DNA of 29,363 nucleotides from a virus (Duplodnaviria; Heunggongvirae; Uroviricota; Caudoviricetes): IMG/VR virus record IMGVR_UViG_2713896897_000016, positions 1 to 29,363 of that record; one strand, 5' to 3'. Shown piece by piece: positions 9,997 to 17,874 of this stretch (position 1 is its first letter; each line of letters starts with the position of its first letter). The notes under the pieces were generated by a model. It saw only the letters and a program-made list of their open reading frames with translations, ran no database searches and was not told where the DNA came from. The position numbers and the translations under genes were made by a program.

Positions 9997-10597
9997 CGTT
10001 ACCTCCGGTGAGATAAGCAACGAATCCGAAATGTGAACCCGATTTTTCTACAAACGCGTCAAACGCCCCCATCAGGCTATTCGATTCATCATCTGTCATT
10101 GGCACGCGTTTACGATTGAACGTTAACCAGTTCATATCGTCGGCCCCTGTCTGCCCCTCATCTTTATCAAACGCTATCGGAATACCGCCGTCTGCCAGCA
10201 GTTCGTCAAGCTCAGGTTCATTGAATCCGAGCAGTGAGAGATCATAACCCTCGCCCAGTAATTCGCTCAGCTCAATACGTAGTAGGCCTTCGTCCCAACC
10301 AGCGTTAAGCGGGAGGCGATTGTCAACCATTCGGTAGGCGCGTTTTTGCTGGTCCGTTAATCCCGTCAGGGTAATTGTTGGCACCTGCTCAAGCGTAAGC
10401 AATTCAGCGGCAGCGCACCGCCCATGCCCTGCGATAATTACACCAGCCTCATCGATTAGAACCGGATTGGTCCAGCCGTATTCCTTAATGCTGGCGGCGA
10501 TCTGTTCTATTTGCTCCTCAGAATGTGTCCGCGTATTTCTTTCGTACTCATTCAGTTCGGAAATGTTTTTAAAAATAACTGCTATCTGTTCAGCCAT
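9983..10597 (-). CDS. ParB-like nuclease domain protein
   Basis: Internal Met start MAEQIAVIFKNISELNEYERNTRTHSEEQIEQIAASIKEYGWTNPVLIDEAGVIIAGHGR, a ParB N-terminal-domain signature; immediately upstream of the ParB-methyltransferase gene. Confidence 0.65.
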   Translation of the reverse strand: MAEQIAVIFKNISELNEYERNTRTHSEEQIEQIAASIKEYGWTNPVLIDEAGVIIAGHGRCAAAELLTLEQVPTITLTGLTDQQKRAYRMVDNRLPLNAGWDEGLLRIELSELLGEGYDLSLLGFNEPELDELLADGGIPIAFDKDEGQTGADDMNWLTFNRKRVPMTDDESNSLMGAFDAFVEKSGSHFGFVAYLTGGNDAHA

Positions 10598-10793
10598 GTC
10601 TATTCCGATTACTATTACCCGGCTTGCGCGAGCAAGTGGGCCTCGGTTTGTATCCACGGCGCGATGTGGGTATGAATGACTGTCGCCAGCTCCAACTGGC
10701 GGCGGTCGCCCACCTTCCAATAATCACTATCGAGCGCCAGTAATTGACGCTCTGTACTGTTTATTTGCTGTAAATTGTCAACGCGTCATATTG

Positions 10794-11042
10794 TTAGACG
10801 TCGATTCGAATCGTCGCAGCCTTCAACAATCCACTACACACAGCACCGCTAACAGAGTGTCCGGCTGGGGATATTGCTGTGAATTTAGTTGAATAGGTGT
10901 CGTCTTTAGAGCACATCAACCCCGCATAACCCCGAATCTGTATATTGGTGTACCCGTTAACCTCCAGTGCTTTTCGAGCGGAATCCGGGTCAGTGCACGC
11001 AGTCAACGAGAGAAATAAGGCGGCCAGCAATGTTTTTTTCAT
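10794..11042 (-). CDS. lipoprotein (signal peptide with LTAC lipobox), lysis-cassette associated
   Basis: MKKTLLAALFLSLTAC... N-terminus; last gene of holin-endolysin cluster. Confidence 0.55.
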   Translation of the reverse strand: MKKTLLAALFLSLTACTDPDSARKALEVNGYTNIQIRGYAGLMCSKDDTYSTKFTAISPAGHSVSGAVCSGLLKAATIRIDV

Positions 11043-11045
11043 TGC

Positions 11046-11246
11046 TTATTCCTTTACCGGACACTCAGCCGCCGCGCCCGTGGAATCAATACAATTGCCG
11101 TTTGCCGTGGTAATTTTCGTACCCGGCGCAATCGCAATATGTTTCACCGTCGTTCCGTCCGCGCGCGTCGCCTCTGTATACGTCGTGTGCGTACAGCCAG
11201 CCAGGGCGACTAGCGCCACCAGAATTAATAATCTTTTCATCGTCAC
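11046..11246 (-). CDS. small lipoprotein (LAGC lipobox), lysis-cassette associated
   Basis: MTMKRLLILVALVALAGC...; ATGA overlap with endolysin stop indicates translational coupling. Confidence 0.55.
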   Translation of the reverse strand: MTMKRLLILVALVALAGCTHTTYTEATRADGTTVKHIAIAPGTKITTANGNCIDSTGAAAECPVKE

Positions 11247-11728
11247 GCCTCACTAATTGAAAAACTAATATTCACTCGTTCGGGCAAATTAAAATCAGGG
11301 ATTTCCTGAACGCCTGCGGGCCAGCGATAACCGCTCACCCGCGAGCGCGGAAATGCTTTGATATTCACCGCGTCGGACTGATTGCCGCCCAGCACCAGCA
11401 AATCACCCGCGCTATTTTGACCGACAACAAAACCAACATGCCCGCCGCCGTCGCGTTTAAATACGACAACGCACCCGAACGCCGGTTTTAATAGCTGCTC
11501 ACCCCAGCCGAGGTATGAGCCAGCCGACTCAAACCGCGTTGATTTAATTCCGCAACGTTCCAGCACAGCTCCGGTGAACGCAGCACACCAGGGAGTTTCA
11601 TCGTCTTTGATACCGCTCCGTTTGATGTCGCGCCAGAACTGGAGGATCTCCTGGTTATGCTGCTGTCCTTTAATCTCTTTCAGTCCGATAAATTTATGAG
11701 CTTCAGTAAGCCAGCGTGGTTCGCTCAT
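11243..11728 (-). CDS. endolysin, NlpC/P60-CHAP-like peptidase (TIGR02594-like)
   Basis: 161 aa with candidate Cys nucleophile (ETPWCAAFTGAVLERCG) and His (GGGHVGFVV) arranged as in CHAP/NlpC-P60 hydrolases; immediately after the holin-like gene. Confidence 0.65.
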   Translation of the reverse strand: MSEPRWLTEAHKFIGLKEIKGQQHNQEILQFWRDIKRSGIKDDETPWCAAFTGAVLERCGIKSTRFESAGSYLGWGEQLLKPAFGCVVVFKRDGGGHVGFVVGQNSAGDLLVLGGNQSDAVNIKAFPRSRVSGYRWPAGVQEIPDFNLPERVNISFSISEA

Positions 11729-11755
11729 GGCCTGTCTCCATAAAAAAGCCCCGCA

Positions 11756-12076
11756 TTAGCGAGGCTGGTTATCATCCGTTACGTTTGTGAGTCGTTTTTT
11801 TCTCTGCGATACAATCCAGCGGACCCCGTGTACCCCGCCAATACCGATCAACAGTGCCACCAGCTCAGGCGTAACCTGCACCCCGTAAATTTGAGTTGGT
11901 ATCAACGGCTCAATAGCAAACGTGATTGCCGGACAGAGAATCAGATCTCCGACAGCCTGCCGCCAAGGCGCGCCCGTGTAGAACACCCTGCCGACAACGC
12001 CGACAATAGCCAGGAACATGAGCGTGATCGTGCCGTCGTTTCGCGCTACGAAATCGACTAATGATTTGTGAGGCAT
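11756..12076 (-). CDS. holin (putative)
   Basis: 106 aa, hydrophobic segments (ITLMFLAIVGVVGRVF, LILCPAITFAIEPLI, LVALLIGIGGVHGV) and basic C-terminal tail (SQRKKRL); first gene of lysis cluster. Confidence 0.5.
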   Translation of the reverse strand: MPHKSLVDFVARNDGTITLMFLAIVGVVGRVFYTGAPWRQAVGDLILCPAITFAIEPLIPTQIYGVQVTPELVALLIGIGGVHGVRWIVSQRKKRLTNVTDDNQPR

Positions 12077-12515
12077 TGAATCTCACCCTTAAAAGAAATC
12101 AGTAAATAAGACGCTAACGCAACTGATTGATAAATGTTACGCCGAAAAGCGCATCGACCTTTTTCGCCTTATTGCAGATAAGCTAACGGAATTAAGTCAA
12201 TCAAGCCCCAAGCAAGTACAAAACGTAGTGAATGTTATCTATGAGCAAGAGAAACAGCACTACAAGGTTGTAATTTTCTTATGAGGTATATGAAATTGAA
12301 GAAAGCTGCCCCATCAGATTGCAAGCTCATTCAGTACCATTACACATCCTCAGGAAGACAGTTAACTAGAAGCTCCAAAGTTCCCTCTAGTTTGAATCCA
12401 TGAAATTCGGCGATTCATGGAACATAACGATCTCGCCTGAATCTTGATAAGCTGAAGGAAAGTCATCACGTTTTAGAGTAAAAGACCACCTGAAAAGGTT
12501 GTTTAGGGGCAATAC

Positions 12516-12543
12516 AAAAAAAGCGCCCGCAGGCGCTTTTTTT
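12516..12543. terminator. bidirectional intrinsic terminator
   Basis: A7 - AGCGCC - cgca - GGCGCT - T7: perfect 6-bp GC-rich stem, 4-nt loop, flanking A and T runs; sits 15 nt past the stop of the 12558..13454 gene. Confidence 0.7.
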
Positions 12544-12557
12544 ATGATGCTAATTAA

Positions 12558-13454
12558 TTAGCTTAGCCCCTCTGCTTTACGCTGGGCTAAACGTGCTTTA
12601 AGTGAAGATGCGCTTAACACTGCACCTCGAGAAGAACCCGAGGTCTTTACTGCAACCCTTGGTTTCTGCTGAGTAGTGTTGCTCATTTTGGATCTTCCTT
12701 TTGCTGCTAAATTAGTTTGCGGACTATAACTCTTCACGTCTTGCTGGTCAAAGATTTTCGCTTCAATTTCCATCTCTTTATCATCCTCTTTTGACTCATC
12801 ATTCATCCATGCAAGCATTTCCTTCAGACAATCTACGCTTTCAAATCTCTCGATAATTTTAGTCTTTATCTTTTTATTGTAGTTGTCGATGTGGGCATCT
12901 GCAATCCAGTCTAACCGATCAATGACCTGAGCATTTTCCAACCAGATAATAAAGTTAAAATCACCACCAGAGCACGGATCCTTTTGGAAAGCAATGTTCA
13001 TACTTCGTGTAATCAGGTTTAGACCATGCTGCGAAAAGTCAAAAGCGCCACCAGTATTGATGATGCTAACGCTATCAATATACGAATTGATAGCATATGT
13101 TGAACCAGAGCCTGCACAGTAAAAAATGCTACCCAATGCTTTTAATCGCTCCGCACCTATGTAATAGGTAATCGCCCCACTCTTTCTATCCACCTCAATG
13201 AATTCACAGGTACTACGCTCTGCTTCAACATATTTTGCAATCCAATCGGCGAACTCCTCATCAACACCGATGCGGTCACCGATGTAGCCAGCCAAAATTG
13301 CTAAGATTGGGTCGATGTAGCCGGAAAAGAAAAGTATAGAGTCATTTAATACGTAATACTTCTTAAACGGTGCGGCTGCTGGCCTGTCTTCTTCATCCGT
13401 CCAAAGTTGGTCTACAGCAGCGAAAACAGAATCTTGTGCGATAATCGTAGTCAT
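12558..13454 (-). CDS. HslV / proteasome-beta-like N-terminal-nucleophile (Ntn) hydrolase homolog with ~120-aa C-terminal extension
   Basis: Starts MTTIIA (Thr directly after initiator Met, as HslV MTTIVSV); PFKKYYVLNDSILFFSGY resembles HslV VKKVRRLYNDKVIAGFAGG; FYCAGSGSTYA resembles HslV IAIGSGGPYA. Visibly AT-rich versus flanks (not computed). From memory of HslV, not a search. Confidence 0.6.
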   Translation of the reverse strand: MTTIIAQDSVFAAVDQLWTDEEDRPAAAPFKKYYVLNDSILFFSGYIDPILAILAGYIGDRIGVDEEFADWIAKYVEAERSTCEFIEVDRKSGAITYYIGAERLKALGSIFYCAGSGSTYAINSYIDSVSIINTGGAFDFSQHGLNLITRSMNIAFQKDPCSGGDFNFIIWLENAQVIDRLDWIADAHIDNYNKKIKTKIIERFESVDCLKEMLAWMNDESKEDDKEMEIEAKIFDQQDVKSYSPQTNLAAKGRSKMSNTTQQKPRVAVKTSGSSRGAVLSASSLKARLAQRKAEGLS

Positions 13455-13585
13455 TGATTCATTACATTTCTATTTTTTTCAAAATGATACAAAAAAATAA
13501 TGATTAAAGCGAATTTTTGAAGGTTAACTCAAACCCATTATGCATACAAAGTGTTGGGAGTCGTAGTAAAAAGACCTTCTAAATG

Positions 13586-13614
13586 AAAAAACCCCATCTG
13601 ATTGACGGGGTTTT
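13586..13614 (-). terminator. weak intrinsic terminator downstream of the Q-like gene (tR-prime-like)
   Basis: CCCCatc-tgatt-gacGGGG imperfect hairpin (one A-C mismatch) flanked by A6 on plus strand (U6 on minus-strand transcript). Confidence 0.4.
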
Positions 13615-13697
13615 AAATTGTTTTGCTCAATGTGTAACACTGCCGAGCATATACAAATAGTGTCAGTTTATTTTTTCGTTTAATTAACAAAAAGTGC

Positions 13698-14354
13698 TCA
13701 TAAGTCTGAGTAGCCACGGGCTTGCATTGCTCTGCTTACATTTTGTAAATCAGTCAGCTCGGCTCTCAGTTCTCGCCGCATTGCATAAAACAAGTCTTCC
13801 TCTAAAACCTTCTCACACCATACAATCCGCTTTCGAGCGGCCTGCACATCTGTCCCTGTCATCCCTGCCAAAGTTACAGCTATACGGTGCGTGTTGAGGT
13901 GTGAGCAATGCCTGAGAACCGCAACCGCGTACATCGGGCTATCTTTTCGCAACGTCTTAACTATCACTCGCTCAATGAACTCCGCGTCATCATCAGCCTG
14001 AGTCTTTTCAAGCCAGTATTTTGTCGTGGATTGCGGGATCACCAATTCGCGTGCTTTTCGAAATAGTTCTTCGCCCCGCAGACCTTCTTCATGCAATCTG
14101 TTAACGGCATGGATGATGCGATCCGCGCTGCCCTGATCCCACTCCTTGCGCATCATTAAGCGTCCTATCACGCTTGATCCCGAACAGCCCGGGCAAGTAT
14201 CGCCCCCCATCACAGCTCCCCACAGGTTCAACATATACCGCACCCACACACGCTGACCCGGCGTTATAGTGCGTTTGCCGTGACACCAGATACGGCGTAA
14301 ATGCGCCTCACTGGTTATAAGCGGGAGTGATTTAAAACCGGCGTTATACGTCAT
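13698..14354 (-). CDS. late-gene antiterminator Q-like protein (putative)
   Basis: 218-aa ORF directly after ninG (ATGA overlap) and upstream of the lysis genes; Cys cluster CPGCSGSS; assigned mainly by lambdoid synteny. Confidence 0.45.
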   Translation of the reverse strand: MTYNAGFKSLPLITSEAHLRRIWCHGKRTITPGQRVWVRYMLNLWGAVMGGDTCPGCSGSSVIGRLMMRKEWDQGSADRIIHAVNRLHEEGLRGEELFRKARELVIPQSTTKYWLEKTQADDDAEFIERVIVKTLRKDSPMYAVAVLRHCSHLNTHRIAVTLAGMTGTDVQAARKRIVWCEKVLEEDLFYAMRRELRAELTDLQNVSRAMQARGYSDL

Positions 14355-14956
14355 GCTGCGACCCTCTTTTTCAATTCACGTAATCCAGCGCGGGCCTCCG
14401 CGCGTATTTTTGCCAGTTCTTCGACGGTCCAGCGGCGTGCTGTGGTGTCTCTCTCTATCTCCAGCACAGCGGCCTCGCCAATTTTTTGCACCAGCCCAAC
14501 CCGGTAACGCTCGATATTTCCTGATTTGTAGACGTTGCAGGCATCGCATTGCAGATTGACGTTGGCACGGGTGAAACGTAACTGGCCCGCCGCCGCTGTT
14601 GTTCGGTAGTGTCCGGCGTGCCACGCAAACGCATCGCGAGTGCCGCACGAAATACAGCCCTCCCCGTTTGCCAAATCCATCTCCCGACACAGGTCATTGA
14701 ACGCGCGCTGTGTCATGTTGATCCAGTGTGTCAGGGGCTTAACTTTTGCTTTCCGCTCACGCCATTTCGCACGCTCATTTTTCGCTGATTGCACCCTCTC
14801 CTGTTTTTCTTTTGCCTGCTGTTTTTCACGCTGTTTCGCCCTGAGCTGTAGCGCGTATTCAACGCCGTGATCCGGGCAGCACCACCAGACATTAAACGTC
14901 GCCGGGTGAAACCACTCGCGGCAGATTTTGCATTTGCGCCTCGGTTGTTTAGCCAT
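14351..14956 (-). CDS. ninG: NinG (Rap-like) recombination protein
   Basis: MAKQPRRKCKICREWFHP...CISCGT...WHAGHYRTTAAAGQLRF...RWTVEE closely follows lambda NinG as recalled (Cys pairs and GHYRTTAAA motif). Confidence 0.85.
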   Translation of the reverse strand: MAKQPRRKCKICREWFHPATFNVWWCCPDHGVEYALQLRAKQREKQQAKEKQERVQSAKNERAKWRERKAKVKPLTHWINMTQRAFNDLCREMDLANGEGCISCGTRDAFAWHAGHYRTTAAAGQLRFTRANVNLQCDACNVYKSGNIERYRVGLVQKIGEAAVLEIERDTTARRWTVEELAKIRAEARAGLRELKKRVAA

Positions 14957-14958
14957 AA

Positions 14959-15159
14959 TCAGATCCACATCCAGTTTTGCCAGCAACGTCGGACGCGCGG
15001 AGGTTTTTCACTCTCCGGCAACCGGGCGCTGATAGTCCACGTGACGTGATCTGGATTCAGTTCTCGCACTATCTGAACGCCACGCGCGCGATAACGCTGC
15101 TGGAGTTCGTCGGCCTCAGCAGTTGTACAATTGTCGTGGTTAAACCAGGAGTATTTCAT
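14959..15159 (-). CDS. hypothetical 66-aa protein (possible NinB C-terminal remnant or NinF-like)
   Basis: Start overlaps HNH gene stop by 1 nt (TAATG); segment AEADELQQRYRARGVQIV weakly resembles the NinB C-terminus. Confidence 0.3.
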   Translation of the reverse strand: MKYSWFNHDNCTTAEADELQQRYRARGVQIVRELNPDHVTWTISARLPESEKPPRVRRCWQNWMWI

Positions 15160-15743
15160 TACGCCTCCTGCCGTTCGCGCAGGCGCATAAATTCAGAATC
15201 GTGGGAGAGCGTTTCGCAATAACTCCACCGCATACCTCGATGCAAGCCTTGACGCCCTTGAATTGATGCGTGAACCAAAGAGGGGTTGCAACCATACCCT
15301 CTGGTTGATTGCATTGATGGATACCAATACCCAAAGCCGTTCATTTCGGCGATAACCGGGGTTTTAATTTTATTGGATAGACCGGTTTCATTAGCGTGCC
15401 TCATATTCATTTTATGAGTACACCACTCTAAGTTTTCCGGTCGATTGTTGCGCTTATTCCCGTCTATATGATTTACATGGGGATAGTTGTTGGGATTGGG
15501 AACGAAGGCCATCGCAACAAATCTATGCAGCAATTTATGCCCTCCACCAACAGACACCCGAATGTAATGAGAAGTTATACAGCCCTTCAAAATACGACTT
15601 TTGATCGTTCTGGTAGTCCAGGTTTTTTTATCTTTTCCGCACGTAACTACCTCGCGTGACAGACTACGAACACGTGCAAAAGAGCTTACTTCAAAGCTGT
15701 TTTCGTAGCCCGGCACAGGCTTCCAGATTTCCCCCTCAAACAT
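15159..15743 (-). CDS. HNH homing endonuclease (NUMOD4-like N-terminus plus HNH motif)
   Basis: N-terminal [25 protein letters not shown] core [25 protein letters not shown]. Confidence 0.85.
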   Translation of the reverse strand: MFEGEIWKPVPGYENSFEVSSFARVRSLSREVVTCGKDKKTWTTRTIKSRILKGCITSHYIRVSVGGGHKLLHRFVAMAFVPNPNNYPHVNHIDGNKRNNRPENLEWCTHKMNMRHANETGLSNKIKTPVIAEMNGFGYWYPSMQSTRGYGCNPSLVHASIQGRQGLHRGMRWSYCETLSHDSEFMRLRERQEA

Positions 15744-15817
15744 GGTCGACTCCTTTTGAGTGGTACTCTGAATCGGCTGGGATTCGAAGTTTTATCCCCC
15801 GTTCCACGCACCAGACC

Positions 15818-16174
15818 TCAATGCGGCGAAGGTAGAAGGTCATCTCCTCGGTATCCAATAATTTTGGTGGATTTAACCAATTTGGTAACACCGAAGACGG
15901 AAATTGGCTTAGCAGGGCAAAACATGCCCTTAAGATATTCGTGAAGCTCTTCCGAGATGTGCACGCAGGATGAGTAGAGACTGGCAGCTTTAGCTACATC
16001 ATCGTTCCACATCCAAAGAAGTGAGTTTTGGGAGGTTGTACGCTTTTCGCGCCACGGCTTGATAATCAGGCGATAGCATTCGCCCGACTCTAACAACGGC
16101 GTTAATTGCTGCCCTATCGCAGCGAAATTTGATTTGTGTAGGCGCAGGCCGTCACGGGGGAATTGCAATGCCAT
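15818..16174 (-). CDS. ninB: NinB (Orf)-like recombination protein, atypical C-terminus
   Basis: YRLIIKPWREKRTTSQNSLLWMWNDDVAKA resembles lambda NinB IVVTIQERNRSLDQNRKLWACLGDVSRQ; only 118 aa with a divergent tail ending next to the HNH gene. Confidence 0.5.
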   Translation of the reverse strand: MALQFPRDGLRLHKSNFAAIGQQLTPLLESGECYRLIIKPWREKRTTSQNSLLWMWNDDVAKAASLYSSCVHISEELHEYLKGMFCPAKPISVFGVTKLVKSTKIIGYRGDDLLPSPH

Positions 16175-16235
16175 CGGTATCGCTCCGTTGGCACAGTGTT
16201 ACTCAGTGCGAGTTGTTCAGGCTCGCGGATGAATA

Positions 16236-16436
16236 TTATAAATCAGTTACGCCGCGAGTGTAAGAGGAGATGGGTAATCCCGCCATTTTTCGCGCATCCT
16301 CCAGTTCAGTTATTGATGTAACGAATTGGTCAGGCCGCAGGACAAAACCGCCAATAATGCGCCCCTCCTCTATTCTCACCAGTACCAGACCTGTGTGACA
16401 CTCTGCGTCTGGTATTAAATCATTCATGATTCTCAT
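16236..16436 (-). CDS. hypothetical protein
   Basis: 66-aa ORF in nin region; no family recognised. Confidence 0.3.
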   Translation of the reverse strand: MRIMNDLIPDAECHTGLVLVRIEEGRIIGGFVLRPDQFVTSITELEDARKMAGLPISSYTRGVTDL

Positions 16437-16593
16437 GATATCTCCCGTTAAATCAGAGACATAAACACTGTATGTGCGTACAGTGCGACCTCATCCGGGA
16501 GCGTCTCAATAAAAACATTGGGCGCATTTTAATAATCAGCAATTAGCGCGGACAGTGGCATAACCCCCTATTGCCGACAAAACGGGGTTATTG

Positions 16594-17235
16594 TCAGTAA
16601 ATGCCAGAAGCCTGTAGCCAGCGTTTTACCGTCCGGGCTGACGGTGAATCGCTGTATTTTTCACTCAGTTTTGATACGACCGTGTTAACGAGAAATACCC
16701 GCGTACAGTTCGGGTGCGCGTCTATAACGTTGACCGCGTGTTGCAACGCCTCATGATAGTGTGGGTTGTGTGGCCTGCCGCCCTTTTTGCCGTTCCTGCG
16801 CCCGAAATCTCCGATTCTGAACGCTGATACCAGCGGGCGCATCAGCAACGTGAAAAACGCATAGGACACGCGCAAATCCCCTTTGAGTATCATGAATGCA
16901 CAACAAAACGCTGCCACACCGTGAGCATCAACAGATATTCGCATCTGGTCGCAAAACGGTTTAACACGAGAAACGAGATAGTCGAGAACTGGCGAGCCGG
17001 TACCGCCAACTACGTAATACCGGATCGCCTCTTCAAACGACACCGCCGTTACGTCTGTGTCGCCGAGTTGTTTCTTGGCGCGCGCCATTACGCGCTCGGA
17101 CATTTGAGTGAATATCTGTTCCGCACGTTCGCGGAACAGGGGCATAGTGATAGCCTGGGTGTCAAGTTTGCGCAGTAGTTCTACGCGCTCGATGAATTTT
17201 TCAGACCAATTTTCGTCATAGATACCGTGTTTCAT
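16594..17235 (-). CDS. hypothetical protein with C-terminal HTH-like segment
   Basis: Internal Met (MKHGIYDENWSEKF...) chosen because the upstream gene ends at 17297; C-terminus KKGGRPHNPHYHEALQ...ARTVKRWLQASG looks like a transposase-type HTH. Confidence 0.4.
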   Translation of the reverse strand: MKHGIYDENWSEKFIERVELLRKLDTQAITMPLFRERAEQIFTQMSERVMARAKKQLGDTDVTAVSFEEAIRYYVVGGTGSPVLDYLVSRVKPFCDQMRISVDAHGVAAFCCAFMILKGDLRVSYAFFTLLMRPLVSAFRIGDFGRRNGKKGGRPHNPHYHEALQHAVNVIDAHPNCTRVFLVNTVVSKLSEKYSDSPSARTVKRWLQASGIY

Positions 17236-17296
17236 AATTACCCCCGAATAAATCACGCAAAACACATTTTCATTAACAATTATTCGAGGTTTGTTA

Positions 17297-17605
17297 TCAA
17301 TTTGAAACACTACCCGCCTGTTGCGCTGAGAGTAGTTGCTCCAGTTCGCGGTGCGCCTCCGCCAGCTCAATAGCGTGATAGCAGCCGCGACTGCCGTCAC
17401 TGTCTAATAGTCTATTTACAGCGGTGATCCAGCTATCTGGAGCCGCCGGATCTGGCGAGCCGTACATTGCCGCCAGCGCGATACGGGCCATCTTTACGAT
17501 TTCACCCGTCTTTATTGATGAAAACACCTCTTCATAGTCACAAGGTTCAAGACCAGCGGCATGAATAATTTCTGCAAGGCGCTCTTTTGTGATTGGAGTT
17601 GTCAT
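17297..17605 (-). CDS. hypothetical protein
   Basis: 102-aa ORF, stop-start overlap with neighbour. Confidence 0.4.
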   Translation of the reverse strand: MTTPITKERLAEIIHAAGLEPCDYEEVFSSIKTGEIVKMARIALAAMYGSPDPAAPDSWITAVNRLLDSDGSRGCYHAIELAEAHRELEQLLSAQQAGSVSN

Positions 17606-17874
17606 TTAGTTACCTGCTGACGGTTAGAGCGGCACATCAGTGCCAAAAAATTCATCTCGCAAATCAGTGCTACACGCATTTCCGCAGTAAAGCGGCAGCC
17701 GAGTTTATTTGACCTGCCGACTGACCGACGACGCTTGCGCGTTAGCTTGCGTACGTGCGCCGCATTAACCTCAGCCTGTCGATGTTTTGCCGCATAAACA
17801 CCTTTTGCTGGTATTTTCCGGTGCTGATTCTGGTACGCGGTTAACAGGTCATGTACATCTGTTGATTTAGCCAT
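17602..17874 (-). CDS. hypothetical basic protein
   Basis: 90-aa Arg/Lys-rich ORF. Confidence 0.3.
   Translation of the reverse strand: MAKSTDVHDLLTAYQNQHRKIPAKGVYAAKHRQAEVNAAHVRKLTRKRRRSVGRSNKLGCRFTAEMRVALICEMNFLALMCRSNRQQVTK

Noticed and set aside
10798-10816. Palindrome cgattcgaatcg resembling a tRNA T-loop
   Set aside because: Lies inside the 82-aa lipoprotein coding sequence and no acceptor stem, D-arm or anticodon arm could be built around it.
14376-14697. Arg-rich minus-strand ORFs overlapping ninG in other frames
   Set aside because: Alternative frames of the confidently assigned ninG; no independent start signals.
16540-16590. Inverted repeat AACCCC...GGGGTT that could be a terminator
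   Set aside because: Loop of about 16 nt and no flanking U-run on either strand; more likely a regulatory or chance palindrome.
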